From the NCBI RefSeq assembly GCF_006345805.1, contig NW_021829644.1, positions 1-32,297 of the forward strand: DNA of 32,297 nt. Direction: 5' to 3'. The notes beneath the pieces are model-generated. The model ran no database searches and had not been told where the DNA came from. It saw only the letters and a program-made list of their open reading frames with translations. The position numbers and the translations under genes are program-made. Positions 9,795-21,811 of this stretch are shown piece after piece; within the stretch, counting starts at the first letter, position 1, and every line of letters starts with the position of its first letter. The stretch is from Octopus sinensis. Its lineage: Eukaryota.

Positions 9795-10115
9795 AGAGAA
9801 ACGTGCTGTGCAGCCATTTGACTGTGAAAGGGGACAGACAGATGGATATAACACCCATTATAGTAAGAAGTTGACTTACTTCCCTGTGCATCTTTTATTA
9901 GTTATCTCCCCCTCAATTTTTATTCTTTTTACACATGTAAACTGAACTATTTCCCTCAATATTCACTAAATAATCAAACTTTTTCACTTTTTGGGGCTAA
10001 AAACCTCCCTGATTACATCCTTCATAATCCCGAAAAGCCTCAACCCCATTGGTCCAGCTGTTTGGGAAGAGGGTACACGCTGACTGACAGATCAAACACC
10101 CATTATAATAAGATT
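9795..10115 (+). mobile_element. Helitron-like non-autonomous pieces with two similar 3' termini
   Basis: cagccatttg...gacagacag...aacacccattatagtaaga (9850-9868) and cagctgtttg...gactgacag...aacacccattataataaga (10095-10113). Confidence 0.4.
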
Positions 10116-10124
10116 GTCATCATC

Positions 10125-10435
10125 ATCATCATTATTATTATTACTTATAATTCAAGTTCTGTTGGAACTCCTGTGTAGCAAGCTTCCTGTTTGCAACCTA
10201 CGGCACCATGCTATCTCTTCTTTTTAACTAATATTTTCCTGATGATTCTGGCTGTGCCAAGAAGGTAAACTTTTTGCAACAGTTCTACTGGGCACTCTCT
10301 TCTCATTTCCTTTATATTCTTCTTGATACCTTCTGGTACTGTTCCCAAGGAACCAACAATAATTGGCACGGTCTTCACCCTCTTCATTTTCCACAGTTGA
10401 GCTATCTCATGTTTAACAGGATTGTAAAGAGAGAG
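10125..10435 (-). mobile_element. R4/Dong-like non-LTR 3' end (RLE C-terminus plus (TAA)n tail)
   Basis: YNPVKHEIAQLWKMKRVKTVPIIVGSLGTVP...LLQKVYLLGTARIIRKIL is the typical C-terminus of RLE elements. It is followed by a short 3'UTR and taataataataat. Confidence 0.85.
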
Positions 10436-10802
10436 AGGGAGAGAGAGAGAGAGAGAGAGTAAGGCAAAAATCATTCAGCTATATAAAATGTTTGCAATGA
10501 ACTGGAAAGTTTCCATGTGTTATGGATCATGTTGTCTATTTTCGTTGCAAATATAAATTTCGTTTGGGACAGTAATTTCAAAGATGGTAATTTTCAAGAT
10601 ATATATGGGTGTATGTATGTATGTGTGTATATGTGCATGTGTGTATTCTAATGACTTTTCCTCCACTGCTTTCTATTAATTATATTATATATCATAGTTT
10701 TAATTGACAGTTCAGTACATAACGAGTGATGATACATTCCAAAACTGTGTTTATTGTGAATTGAAGCCAATTTGTAACACTTTGCAAAATATTTTGATGA
10801 CT

Positions 10803-10803
<1 letters not shown>

Positions 10804-10841
<38 letters not shown>

Positions 10842-10913
10842 TTCTTTTTCTCTCTCTTTTTTTTCTCTCTCTCTCTCTCTCTTTCTTTCTCTCTCTCTCT
10901 CTCACACACACAC
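10804..10913. repeat. (CT)n-rich polypyrimidine microsatellite
   Basis: Direct inspection. Confidence 0.9.
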
Positions 10914-11070
10914 ATGCCACTTACAATTTGAGGCTGATTTAGTAAGATGTGCCATGCTTTCACTCACTGTTTGAGATACCCATGTTGTCATGATCATTTC
11001 ACAGACATTTCATTGGCCCCTCTTGCCCTTGATTCGGTGGAATATCCAGGATGGAAGTACAAAATAGAGA

Positions 11071-11150
11071 AAAGGGTTGCACCAACATTGAGCTGATACT
11101 TCATTTGTTGACCCTAAAAGCATGAAATGTAAAAGTTGACCTCAACAGGA
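11071..11150 (-). mobile_element. SINE family A fragment
   Basis: gatacttcatttgttgaccctaaaagcatgaaatgtaaaagttgacctcaac is the reverse complement of the body seen at 3370-3435. Confidence 0.55.
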
Positions 11151-12100
11151 ACAGATCCCAATTACCAGCATTTTCTTTGTTTGGATCTATCTCAGTTCAG
11201 AAGACTCCTTTTATAGCCTAAATGCTTTCTATCTGATTGTGCTTATTTGGGGGGTTTTCCCTAGCCTTTTGTCTCTATCTTCTATGTTTTTTTAGCTATG
11301 AGACTGTTTTGTTCTTCCATCTTTCCTGGCACTTCTTAGATGAACAATACCATTTTTTCCAGTGCCGAAATCAGTATGATTCTTGATAACAATATGGCTG
11401 AAGAAGTGGGTTTGTTTATCCACATCGTTTTATCATTCTCTTTGTAAATTTCCATCCATGATATTCATACACACACACACATACACACCTTTAGACCAAG
11501 AAGACAAAGAAGCTGATCTCTTTCTTCAAAGAGAGAAAGCACCAAATAGTCAAAGTTGTTAAACTGCTTAAGGGAATGCTTTGTGCCACTCCTTCTCTTT
11601 CTCTCTGATTCCAAATCTCATTAGTCTTTTTTTGTGTGGACAATATTTTACATCTGCTGAATACAATGACTTCCGCACTTTGCTGAGAATGTTGAAAACA
11701 TTCCAAGGTTGTCTCTTACTGAGATGATGAAATTTAAATAATTAGTTTTAGTCAAATTTTGTCCCCTTTTCACACATTGCTAAAATGAACCTTTTTGTTA
11801 CTATACGACCTGAGACTGCCCTTGGTCTTATGGTTCAAACTTCCTGCTTAAAAAAAAAAAACTAGATTCAAATTTCTTATTAAGCTTACATGTAAATGTA
11901 TCTTCCGTTTAATCATGCAGAAGTGATTTCAATACATTCTTCATCATTTTCGAAATCAATTGAAATAAAAACAGGGTATTTGAATGGGAATATGGTAACA
12001 AAACACTATCTTTCTTTATGTTTAAGTTATTTGTGGAAATGGCCCAGTGATATTGGATGGAATTGTAAGCAAATACTTTTGACAGATAATGACATACACA

Positions 12101-12137
<37 letters not shown>

Positions 12138-12388
12138 ACACATGCATACACACACACATATATATTTATGCATAGTACAATTAAATTTTAATCGGAATTA
12201 AATAATTTTAAGAGAACAGATCGCCTTAAGCACTTTCATAACTACTTCAATATTTCGCCAAACTTATTGAAACTAAAACTTTAGTCTTCTCTGTCTTTCT
12301 GCTAATCTTTGTTTTTTTCCTCTTCCCATGTTTCTTTCTCTTTCATTCTTTCTGTCTTCCACTATCTCCCTTCTGCTATTTCTGTATT

Positions 12389-12670
12389 TTCCTTCCTTCC
12401 TTCCTGCCTGCCTGCCTGCCTGCCTTCTTCTTCTTCTTCTTCTTCTTCTTCTTCTTCTTCTTCTCTTCTTCTTCTTCTTCTTCTTCTTCTTCTTCTTCTT
12501 CTTCTTCTTCTTCTTCTTCTTCTTCTTTCTTCTTCTTCTTCTTCTTCTTCTTCTTCTTCTTCTTCTTCTTCTTCTTCTTCTTCTTCTTCTTTCTCTTTTT
12601 CTTCTTCTTCTTCTTCTTCTTCTTCTTCTTCTTCTTCTTCTTCTTCTTCTTCTTCTTCTTCTTCTTCTTC
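12389..12670. repeat. (CCTT)n(CCTG)n followed by ~250-bp (CTT)n / (GAA)n trinucleotide repeat
   Basis: Direct inspection. The poly-S/L/F/R/K ORFs here are artefacts. Confidence 0.97.
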
Positions 12671-13651
12671 CCATCCCTGTCCTGTTAATGCAGTCTATCT
12701 TCATATATTGATACCTCAACAAAAGTGTTGCATGCTGATGTGCAACAAACTGATTTAATATCTCCCCCCACCAAAAAAAAAATAATCATTGTTGTTCCAA
12801 ATTTTTTCTATAGCACTTACCCCACCCCCCACTCAGCCATGCTCACCTCCACACAGCCTTGCCTGTGCCTATTCATATTGAGTTATGTCTCTTTACATCC
12901 TGCGTTCAAAACTTGTTGACGTTTGATGTTGCATTTGGTGTCTTTGGATTTGTGAAGATAAATACCAGTAATAGAAATGGACACGATAAAATCAATGGTG
13001 CTCCATTCAAAAACATGTGACCTTTTCTTTTGAAATGTTCTATTGAACTGTGAAACCATTTAAATAATTGATAATTACGATCCATTCCTCTTCTGCTTTC
13101 CATGTCAATTCAATTTCTGATTGAGTAAATATCGCAGATTTAGGTAAAAGTCAAAGAATTAAGTGGGACAAGGAGGGATATTATTTGGTGATAAAAACTT
13201 ATGGAGGGGTTTAAGATTTAAAAATAATAAAATTGGAACAATTAAAGAATTTGTCTTTAGTCACCTTTGCTCTTTTTCTCTTCTTTGTTTTATTTGTAAT
13301 GAATTTCCAAGTGTTGGAGTTTGAGTTTGTCGTTCCCAACATTATGTAAATCAGGTTGAATTATTCACACGATTGTCTTTTTATATTGATTTTCATAAGA
13401 AAGTGGCAGGGATGGACAGGAAAGTATAGAATGACCATGAAAGAAAGAAATGTGTGTGTTTGTGTGTGTAAAGAAGTATAAAGACAATACAATGGATATT
13501 CCATCTTTAAAGATAAAGCAGAAACATGACTAATCAAATATTTTGATTGGGTTGCAGATTTCCCTTTTTTAAATATATTTTTTTACAAATATTTACATAA
13601 AATTTGATGTGAATTGACTATAAAATCTTGTATATTTTTTATGACAGCATT

Positions 13652-13847
13652 GATATATATATATGTGTGTGTCATTTATATATATGTGCATGCACACACG
13701 CATATATATATATATATACATAAAATATACATGTTTGTATATATACATATATATGCAGATACATAAATATATATATATATATAAATATATATACGTAAAT
13801 ATATATATGCATATATGTACATATATATGCATGAATGTACATACATA

Positions 13848-13885
<38 letters not shown>

Positions 13886-14052
13886 AATATACATATATGT
13901 ATATATATATATATAGAGAGAGAGATAGATAGATAGATAGACATGTATGCATGTGTATGTATATATATATGTGTGTGTATGTGTGTATCTATATATATAT
14001 ATTTATATACATATGTATATGTGTGTGAATGCATATATAAATTTATATATAT

Positions 14053-14087
<35 letters not shown>

Positions 14088-14162
14088 CACACACATATTT
14101 ATATATGTATACATGCTAACACACACTCACCACACATGCCTATATATTTATATATATATAAT
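13652..14162. repeat. ~500-bp compound TA/CA/TAGA microsatellite
   Basis: Direct inspection. Confidence 0.95.
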
Positions 14163-15427
14163 ATTGAAATATAAAATAACTTTATTCCACTATTTTCGTA
14201 ATATTTAAGTCTCTCCTCCAGAGTTTCTGGATTAGTTGGTTTTTTTGGGGGTTTTTTCTTAAGGTTTCAAAACTATTTATTGTCATTACTCATTAATATA
14301 TCCTTAAAGCATGGCTGAATATCTCCCATCCTTTCTGCTATGTTTATTTTCATGTGTTAACTTGTGATGTATGAGTCAAAATCATTTTAATGAATAAATT
14401 AAAAGGATATGAATTAAAATCGTTTTCAACATTTTCTCTTCTTGTTTGTTTCTATTTTTTATTTTTTCTGCTCATATTATCTTTCCTTTCCTTTGAATTT
14501 AAAAAAAAATTCATTTCACCAGTTATTTTGTTTTTTTTGTTTTCTGAATTTTTCATTCAGTTTAACACATCAATTTAGCATTTCTCAATCTCTTTTTAAA
14601 ATTCAATGTATAACTTGGAACTAAAAATAGCAAATCATTCATACTGAAGAGACAAGATAAGCGAAGCAACTAAATTTCATAAAGAATTTTGTCTTGATGT
14701 TCACAGTTGAAGAATAAATAAATAAATAAATGCAATGACACCAGCAACAACAACAAAATTAAGACTACTATCATTACTACCAGTAATAATAATAATAATT
14801 ATAATAACGATAACAAAAGTAAAAAGATTTCAAAATATTAATAATGGTATCAACATCTACAGCAAGAATGCAACCACACCAGCAGAAGTAATAAGGAAGA
14901 GAATAATATTCTTGTTTGTTTACTTCTTTCTTTACTGACTTTACTGAGTTAAGGTGATAAAGTTGAATTAAATTTCTAACGAAACATCAGGAAATGAATT
15001 TGTAGCGTTTGACAAGTTCTTATAGGAATGATGAAAAACCTGAATGTTGTGAGGCAAATACGGAATACTTCTGCATAAATAAATACTCCTCTCATTACAT
15101 TTTAGTTTCCTCTGCAGTTACTGGGGGAAGTCGGGGGTGGGGTGGAAAGAACGAATGAAATATCAAGTGTGAAGAAATTTTAAACTGAACTTTGGAGATC
15201 CTTCGAAAAGTCGAAAATTCTATTTTAAATTCAAATAGAAAAATAAAAGAAAACGGACAGAAGTAGAGAAATTATTGAAAGAAATGAAGTGCCGTGAATA
15301 TTGATAAATATCTGAGGTAAATTTTGGCCCATTTTGTGACTGGGATTGAGACTTGGTGAGATAATTCATTTCTGGTCAGATCTGATCATTTTTATCTTTT
15401 ACTCATTTTAATCATTGGTTTGAAGTT

Positions 15428-15770
15428 GTGCTGGAGTATTGCCTTGAAGGGTTTACTCAAACAATAGTTACATATTTTTAAGAATGGTACTTATTCTATT
15501 GATCCCGTTTGTCAAACTGCTAAGTTATATGTTACACAGACATAGCAAACAAACACTGGTTGCCAAGCAATTGTTGTGGTTCTGTGAACAAAGACACACA
15601 CACACATATGTTTTCCACATATTTTCTATTTATATGCAGTTTCTGTCTAGGAAATTCGCTCATAAGGCATTAATTGTCCCAGGGTTATAGTAGCCCAAGA
15701 TGCCATACAGCAAGATTGAACTCAGTACCATGTGGTTGCCAAAAAAGCTCAACCTCAGCTACATCAGCAC
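15428..15770 (-). mobile_element. Near full-length composite SINE family B (tRNA head, central (GT)n, 3' body)
   Basis: Body gtgctggagtattgccttgaaggg...ggtacttattctattgatc...ctggttgccaagc, then (CA)n, then head cagtttctgtct...atagtagcccaagatgcc...attgaactcagtaccatgtggttg. Confidence 0.75.
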
Positions 15771-17110
15771 TCTGTTGAGTAGGAAAAACATCTTAAGGGT
15801 TAATAGATGGAATACCTTTAATTACAGGTATTTTCCATCAGAGTTGAGACTAAATATAACAAAAATCAATAGAAAATTGAAATACAAGAAAGGTATGAAT
15901 ACATAAATATATAATCAGCTTTCAAATTTAAAAAAAAACATTTTTTGATCCTTGAAACAATGTTTTGGTTTGCATAAGCATATTGTTATAGATCACAGCA
16001 AAGGGTTCCTTGCATCATAATCTACTAATTGTAGTGTATTGTTTGTCCATGTCTTGCAGAAAGAAGTTATAATTGTAGAAGAACCATTTAAAAATTTGCA
16101 GTTTAATCTCTGGATTTGCACAATAACAATAAGCATTTCAGAGCCATTTTCTTTGATGAAGTAGATGTCAGCCTTGTAGACTACTTAATGGTCTTTTGTA
16201 TTTTCCCTTTTTGCATTTCTTACACTCTACCCATTGCCCTCATTTCCTCTATGACCTTGTAACAGGTCCTTTTCCTTTCCTACTACAGCCATCTTGCCCT
16301 TTCTTCTCACTCAACCTCTTTCATCATTTCTCAGCTTATGGACCATTCATTTCACCTATTTCTTTTCGCAGCATCCGTAACTGGTTCTGTTTCTACCGTT
16401 TTCAGCCATTTCTTGTTTCTTTTCTTTTTCATCAATATTCTGTGAGCTTAGAATGATTTAGATATTCTTTTTTTAGGATTTATTCAACTTTTTTCTTAAC
16501 GAGACAATATTTCTGCAAGTATTTTCTCTTATCACATAAGGAATATAATGCATTCCTGAAAGCAAAGCTTGTTTAATTTATCAAATCTGTTTAGATAACT
16601 CTTTGCTCATTTACTATTCAAACCAACTGCTTTGCTTCCAACCATCCATACCTAGTCATGTTTCAGTGTTGCTTTTGATACCAAGGAAATACCTGTCAGA
16701 TTACATCGGATATCATTTCTCACAATTTCAGCTATTTTTCACATCAATACATTATCACAGACATTACCGTTGAGAAGCTGGTGATTTTTGCATTAGTGAC
16801 TCTCTCACTTTCTATGATTGAAAGTCTTGGATACAATCGTAAAATGTATCCATACAGACTCTCTCTCTCTCTCTCTCTCTTTTGTTTGCATGATTTGGTT
16901 GGTGTTGTTGGCATTGTTGTATGGCAACAATATCAGCCCTGATCAAGTTGACTTAGGATCAAAGTTGCTCTAGCCAGCACCATCTAGGAATACATTATCC
17001 AATATGACCTTTTCTTTCCAAGACAGTAGCATGTTTCAAAAGATATATTTTTGAAGGTATCCCAAAATCTGAGTAGAGAGAGTATTATTATGAACATCCC
17101 AAAACAATAC

Positions 17111-17182
17111 CTATAGGTTTGGGTCGAACTTCTGTTGGGATACGATGTCCACTGGTTCCAATCGACAGTCAGTAGCATGACA
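17111..17182 (-). CDS. Candidate 72-nt symmetric (phase 2-2) exon (VMLLTVDWNQWTSYPNRSSTQTY)
   Basis: Minus strand: ctctttccatttgtggtgtccctag|TGTCATG...CCTATAG|gtattg. One open frame, GC/CpG-richer than flanks, moderate donor. Confidence 0.25.
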   Translation of the reverse strand, partial: CHATDCRLEPVDIVSQQKFDPNL

Positions 17183-18234
17183 CTAGGGACACCACAAATG
17201 GAAAGAGTCTTTTGAGAGAGCTTAATCTAAATGCAACCCTTTATATGCTCTTAAGGACCAAGTGACAGTGTTAACTTTGGTTGTATGTTAATCTTAATGG
17301 GAATACTGAAAGAGCCATTGCTGAAGTAATAATGCAACCCAACCCATGACAGCATGGAAATGGATGTTAAAGGATAATAATGATGCCACTGATCTGAGTC
17401 TTACCCTCACCTCTCACCCCAAATACTATTTTGATTGCAAAATAGAGCAACTCTTCTTCCTTAGTCTGTGCATTTATTTACACTTGTGAAGGACCAAGCT
17501 TAAGGATAGGCTGCTTTCATTGTCACTGTAAGAACCCCTCTCTGTATGAGCAGTTGTGTGTGTAAGTATAATAATGGCTTGTTTGTGTCCTAAAATACTA
17601 GGAGTGTCGTTATAAGGAAGAAATACAACTCAGGAGAGTGAAAAGGAAGTGGGAAATATATAGAAACAGGAATTTTGTAGAGAAGTTTGTAGGTTTGTTT
17701 AAAGAAAACTGTGTACAAGAGGGAGAGAGAATCTAAAGAGATTTGGTGTCTAGAAGTTAATTTTAGATTCAGTGAGAAGGATTGCCATTGAGACAGAATT
17801 TCAGCAACCAAAGAATGAATGAATCACTAGGATTGACCATTTTAAATTCAGTGTTAATAGTGTTGGGGCAGAGGGGGGAGACAGAGAGAGAGAGAGAGAG
17901 GTTAAGCTTTGGATAGATGGATGAAAGGATAGACTGATAACATTTGTTGAGAACAATAAATTGTTATATTTTCAACTTCCTTGAATAAAAATAGCATGAT
18001 TTCAACAACATTTTAGAAAGTTGAAAAATAATGATATTCTATCTTATTCCTGCTGAGACTTGAATGTGTTCTGTTTTTGATTCAAAAATGAGTTACATTA
18101 CAAACCATCATCATCATCGTTACATTACATAAAGGATTTCAAGCCAAGTTTTATATTCTCACATACAAATTATGGTATTGCTTCATTATTATTGGTGTGA
18201 TTATCATCCTCATCCCTTAATCGATGCAGCCAGT

Positions 18235-18435
18235 CATTGGGGTGCCACTTCAGATGCTTTCATATCAGCCATCAGCACTGTCATGAATAGCAGGTTTGCA
18301 GTTTTGTGATCTGCCCAGTCCTTGACATTGTCGAACCAGCATTTCTTCTGTTTGCCCTTCTTTCACCCTCCCTCAACTGTGCCCAGAAGATTGGTTTTGC
18401 ACAGGGAGTTGTGTAGGGAGACATGGCCTTACAGC
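18235..18435 (-). mobile_element. Old RTE-LINE 3' ORF fragment (second family)
   Basis: Minus strand encodes decayed HV.LHNSL.KT.LLGTVEG...GKQKKCWFDNVKDW, an RTE C-terminal motif. Confidence 0.65.
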
Positions 18436-18509
18436 GACACTATATATTGCTACAAATAGGAAAGTGCCTTTGGATGTGGTTGTGTGAGTTTGTCTGTAAA
18501 TTTATGTAT

Positions 18510-18745
18510 ATCATCATCATTTTCACATCCACTTTTCCATGCTTGCATGGGTTAGATGGAGTTTATTGAAGCAGATTTTCTATCACTGGATGCCTTTCCT
18601 GTTACCAACTGTCACCTGTTTCTAAGACAGTATTTCCCCATGGCCAAATATGTTTGTGCAGAATATTGAACATGAACGACATGGGTTGTGTGACAGAAGC
18701 AATCATCCATAACTACCATGACAAGACAAGGAAACACAAACACAC
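18510..18745 (-). mobile_element. RTE-tailed SINE-like element
   Basis: (cat)n-tttcacatccacttttccatgcttgcatgggtt...ctggatgcctttcct shares the RTE tail, but the body differs from the LINE 3'UTR. Confidence 0.7.
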
Positions 18746-18764
18746 ACACATTCTTATGGTATAT

Positions 18765-19325
18765 TTTCAGTTTAGTTTACCTATCTTGGAAGTGGTGTTA
18801 TAATGAGACACTGAAGTGAAGGCCAGGATAGGTAAAGCATTGTCAGTATTCCAACACTTTCGTCCAGTATGGAGATTGAAGACCATCACCAACATGATGA
18901 AGTTGCATCGATTGTTGTACCAACAGCCATTTGTGCCTGTGAAGTGTAGAAGACAGTGAAGATCTTTCAGTTGCTGGATGTGTTCTATCAACACTGCCTG
19001 TAATTAATTCTGGGCATCAGGACAGAATGTGAAATGATGAGGTGATGAGAAGTCTGTAGGATGTGGTGACTAAGTAGTGAGTATGGTTGACTGAGCTTGT
19101 GCTTTGATTACTGCAGGAGAAACATGTTACCATCATGGATGGAGTGGATGCCAGATGGAGGAAGAAGATCAAGTGGAAGACCGAGGAAGATGTGGTGCGG
19201 TACATTCCAGGATAACATGATTGCGATGCAAGTCAGCTTGAGTAGAGCTAAGAGGAAAACGAACAATTGAGATATTTGGAGTAGGTTTGTTGTGCTGATG
19301 GCACCGGAACATCTGAGAGCTTAAA
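18765..19325 (+). mobile_element. Decayed RTE-LINE 3' fragment (RT C-terminus)
   Basis: Broken frames read YLGS...EVKARIGKALSVFQ...VPTAICACE...LLDVFYQHCL..ILGI...GRRRSSGRPRKMW, the RTE thumb/C-terminal region. Confidence 0.85.
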
Positions 19326-19590
19326 TGTATGTGTGTTATGTTGTGAGTGTGTGTGTGCACCCATATAAATGCCATGTACATGTACACCTATGTAAATATA
19401 ACAATAAGTAACTTGATATGTGACCATCATACACTAAAATTGGAAAGATTCATGACTGCCATTTCAAACGCACACGCACACACCCACATTGTTATAGTCA
19501 CTTTTGTTATATTTCTTGATAATATTGTACAATATTCATTGTATACAAACAGTGAATGTAAGTGTATATCATTATCATCATCATCATATA

Positions 19591-19697
19591 CAATAGGTTT
19601 CTTTCAGTTTTCTTTTCCTAAATCCGTAAACCTGACTTTGGTCAACCTTGGGCAAAGTGGAACTGAACTCGGACCAACGTCTCTTAACCACACACAT
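19591..19697 (-). mobile_element. SINE family B head fragment
   Basis: tttctttcagttttc...ctaaatcc...ctttggtcaaccttgggcaaagtggaactgaactcggacc...cttaaccacac. Confidence 0.6.
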
Positions 19698-21811
19698 GTA
19701 TACAAACATGCATGTGTATATTAGCTTCAATATATGCATGTGTTCTTCTCTAAATAAATGCATTTATTCCTCTGTGTGGATATGCGAATATATATATGTG
19801 TGTGTGTACATATATAATAAGTATAAATTTTGTTCAGCTGAACTCTCATAATAAACTATCTTTTATTTGCTCATCTATTCCTGTAAAACACATCTACACA
19901 CTCATTCTAACAATTCCTGCTTGCTTAAAACCTTGTTGACTGTTTTTCTTCTTTGTTTTCATTTCGTTTTTTCCTGGAATTTTCTTTTTCTTTTGTACAA
20001 TTAACATGTTGTCCATACTACTATTTTAGCAACTATTTATCAATGACAGTTACTGATTCCTGCTTCTAGGAAGGTAACTCGATCTGTTCATGTTCTGCTG
20101 AAGGTAAAAAGACATATTCTATGTTGCTAATAATACTGGATGTCCATTGATATTTGTAGCTTTAGCCATGAAAGAAAAGAAAGAAACAAAGAGGAAATAA
20201 AAACACAATTAAAAATTGAAAAAAATAACCCAAACACTTTCTCACTCTCCCGTTTACTATCTTAACAACTTGTTAACTATTTCTGTGAAAACAGAAAAGA
20301 TTGTGTTAAAACAGATGTTTGCCTTTGGACAATGGCAGAAAAAGACAAAAAAAAAGTGAGTTCTAATTGGAAAAAAGATTTTAATAGGTTATTTGTAATA
20401 TGCCATAAGCTTTTTCGAAACAAAGCCAAATAAAAACTGAATTTGCTTCCATGACACATGTTCATTGTTTTATGTTTTAGATTCTGATGTTTGTGCCTCA
20501 TGAAAATAAACTCAAGTCAAAGTTTTTCTTTCTTTCTTTTTTTTTTCTTCCTTCTTGACAAACATATTTTTGAGAAAATAATTTCCCTTTAGATGCAATA
20601 ATATTTCCACTCCAACTTTTTCTTATTTTTTAATTAAAATTTTTTTTTTAAATTTGTAGGTTATTTTTCTTTTTTTTTTAATTATTCATTAAAGGTGGTT
20701 TTGTCGTTAGCATTGTTTCTTCTACATCAAACAAAAACAAACACATTTTGTTTTTGTTGTTTTATTTTCTGCATTGCTTTGTTTGTTTATTTTGGCTTTG
20801 AGCAGGTTTTATTTTCAAACTGTTTGTTTTATTCTGGATGATAATTAAAACCTTGTATCATTTGTTCTGTTAAATCTTCTTCTATGCTATCATTTCTGGA
20901 AGGTCTGTTTCTCTTCTCTTTTTCTTCTTTCTTATCAAACATTTTTTTTCTTTATCTGCACAAATTTTATATTATTTTGTATTTGATCAGAGCTTCCATT
21001 CATTTTCGCCACCAAACTTTTATTTAGTAATGTTTCTAAAATCGGTAGATTATTACCAACCAGTAACAAACTGCAACATATCTATTTGCCATGAAATTAT
21101 TGCATCTTGTTTTTTAACGTGCTTCCAATTCACACCTGCATTTCATATTCTCAACACATGATTGAATAACATCAAGTGTTGTAATTTTTAATACTTATAA
21201 ATAAAATATCACAATTGATTGGTTCAGCCATTATATTCTGACGAGAGGGAGAAAATCTATTTCTTGTTCATTTACTTCATTGGAATAATAATAATCAAAA
21301 TTCAGCTGTACATTCATATTTAATTGATTTCTTTAATTTTTAATTAAAAGAAAAAAAACCCCATAAAGTTCCAATCACAAACCAGTGGTGCTCCTCGTTG
21401 TGATGTCAGTCTCAAGTCTGTGATCATTTGTTTGCTTTACATCTGTTTTTCCTATGCAATGATAGGTTAGAGAAGTACTTCTTCATAATCATCATCATTT
21501 AATGACTGTTTTCCAGGCTGACATGGAAAACGGACACAAAATGATTTGTTTAAATATTCTATAATAATGGCAGGGAACATATATCTCTGATTGTGCATTT
21601 TGATATCTTTCTAATATATTTTTCCCAACGTGAATATTTATTTCATTTTAACCAGAATGAAAATATCTATTTTGGTTTTTCTATTGTATTTTAAGCATTG
21701 ATATTGAAATAGTTGTAGTGTTAACATTTAATATGGGCAGTATTAAAAATGAAATGGAAATGGAACTATGTGAAAAATTTGAGAGTTAAATTAGTGTGGA
21801 CATAGTCGGTA

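Noticed and set aside
10968-11027. Minus-strand segment ending in a good gtgagt donor
   Set aside because: All three frames contain stops after the nearest acceptor; it could only be non-coding.
12273-12758. 149-aa poly-R/K, poly-S/L and poly-L/F ORFs
   Set aside because: Translations of the (CTT)n repeat.
12900-13145. 50-60-codon open frames on both strands
   Set aside because: No consistent splice boundaries or recognisable protein; expected by chance.
13593-14174. Five overlapping Y/I-rich ORFs
   Set aside because: TA-microsatellite artefacts.
15990-16830. Several 45-65-codon open stretches and a 44-nt minus exon candidate (16769-16812)
   Set aside because: Weak splice sites; the 44-nt candidate is not phase-compatible with the 72-nt candidate; no homology recognised.
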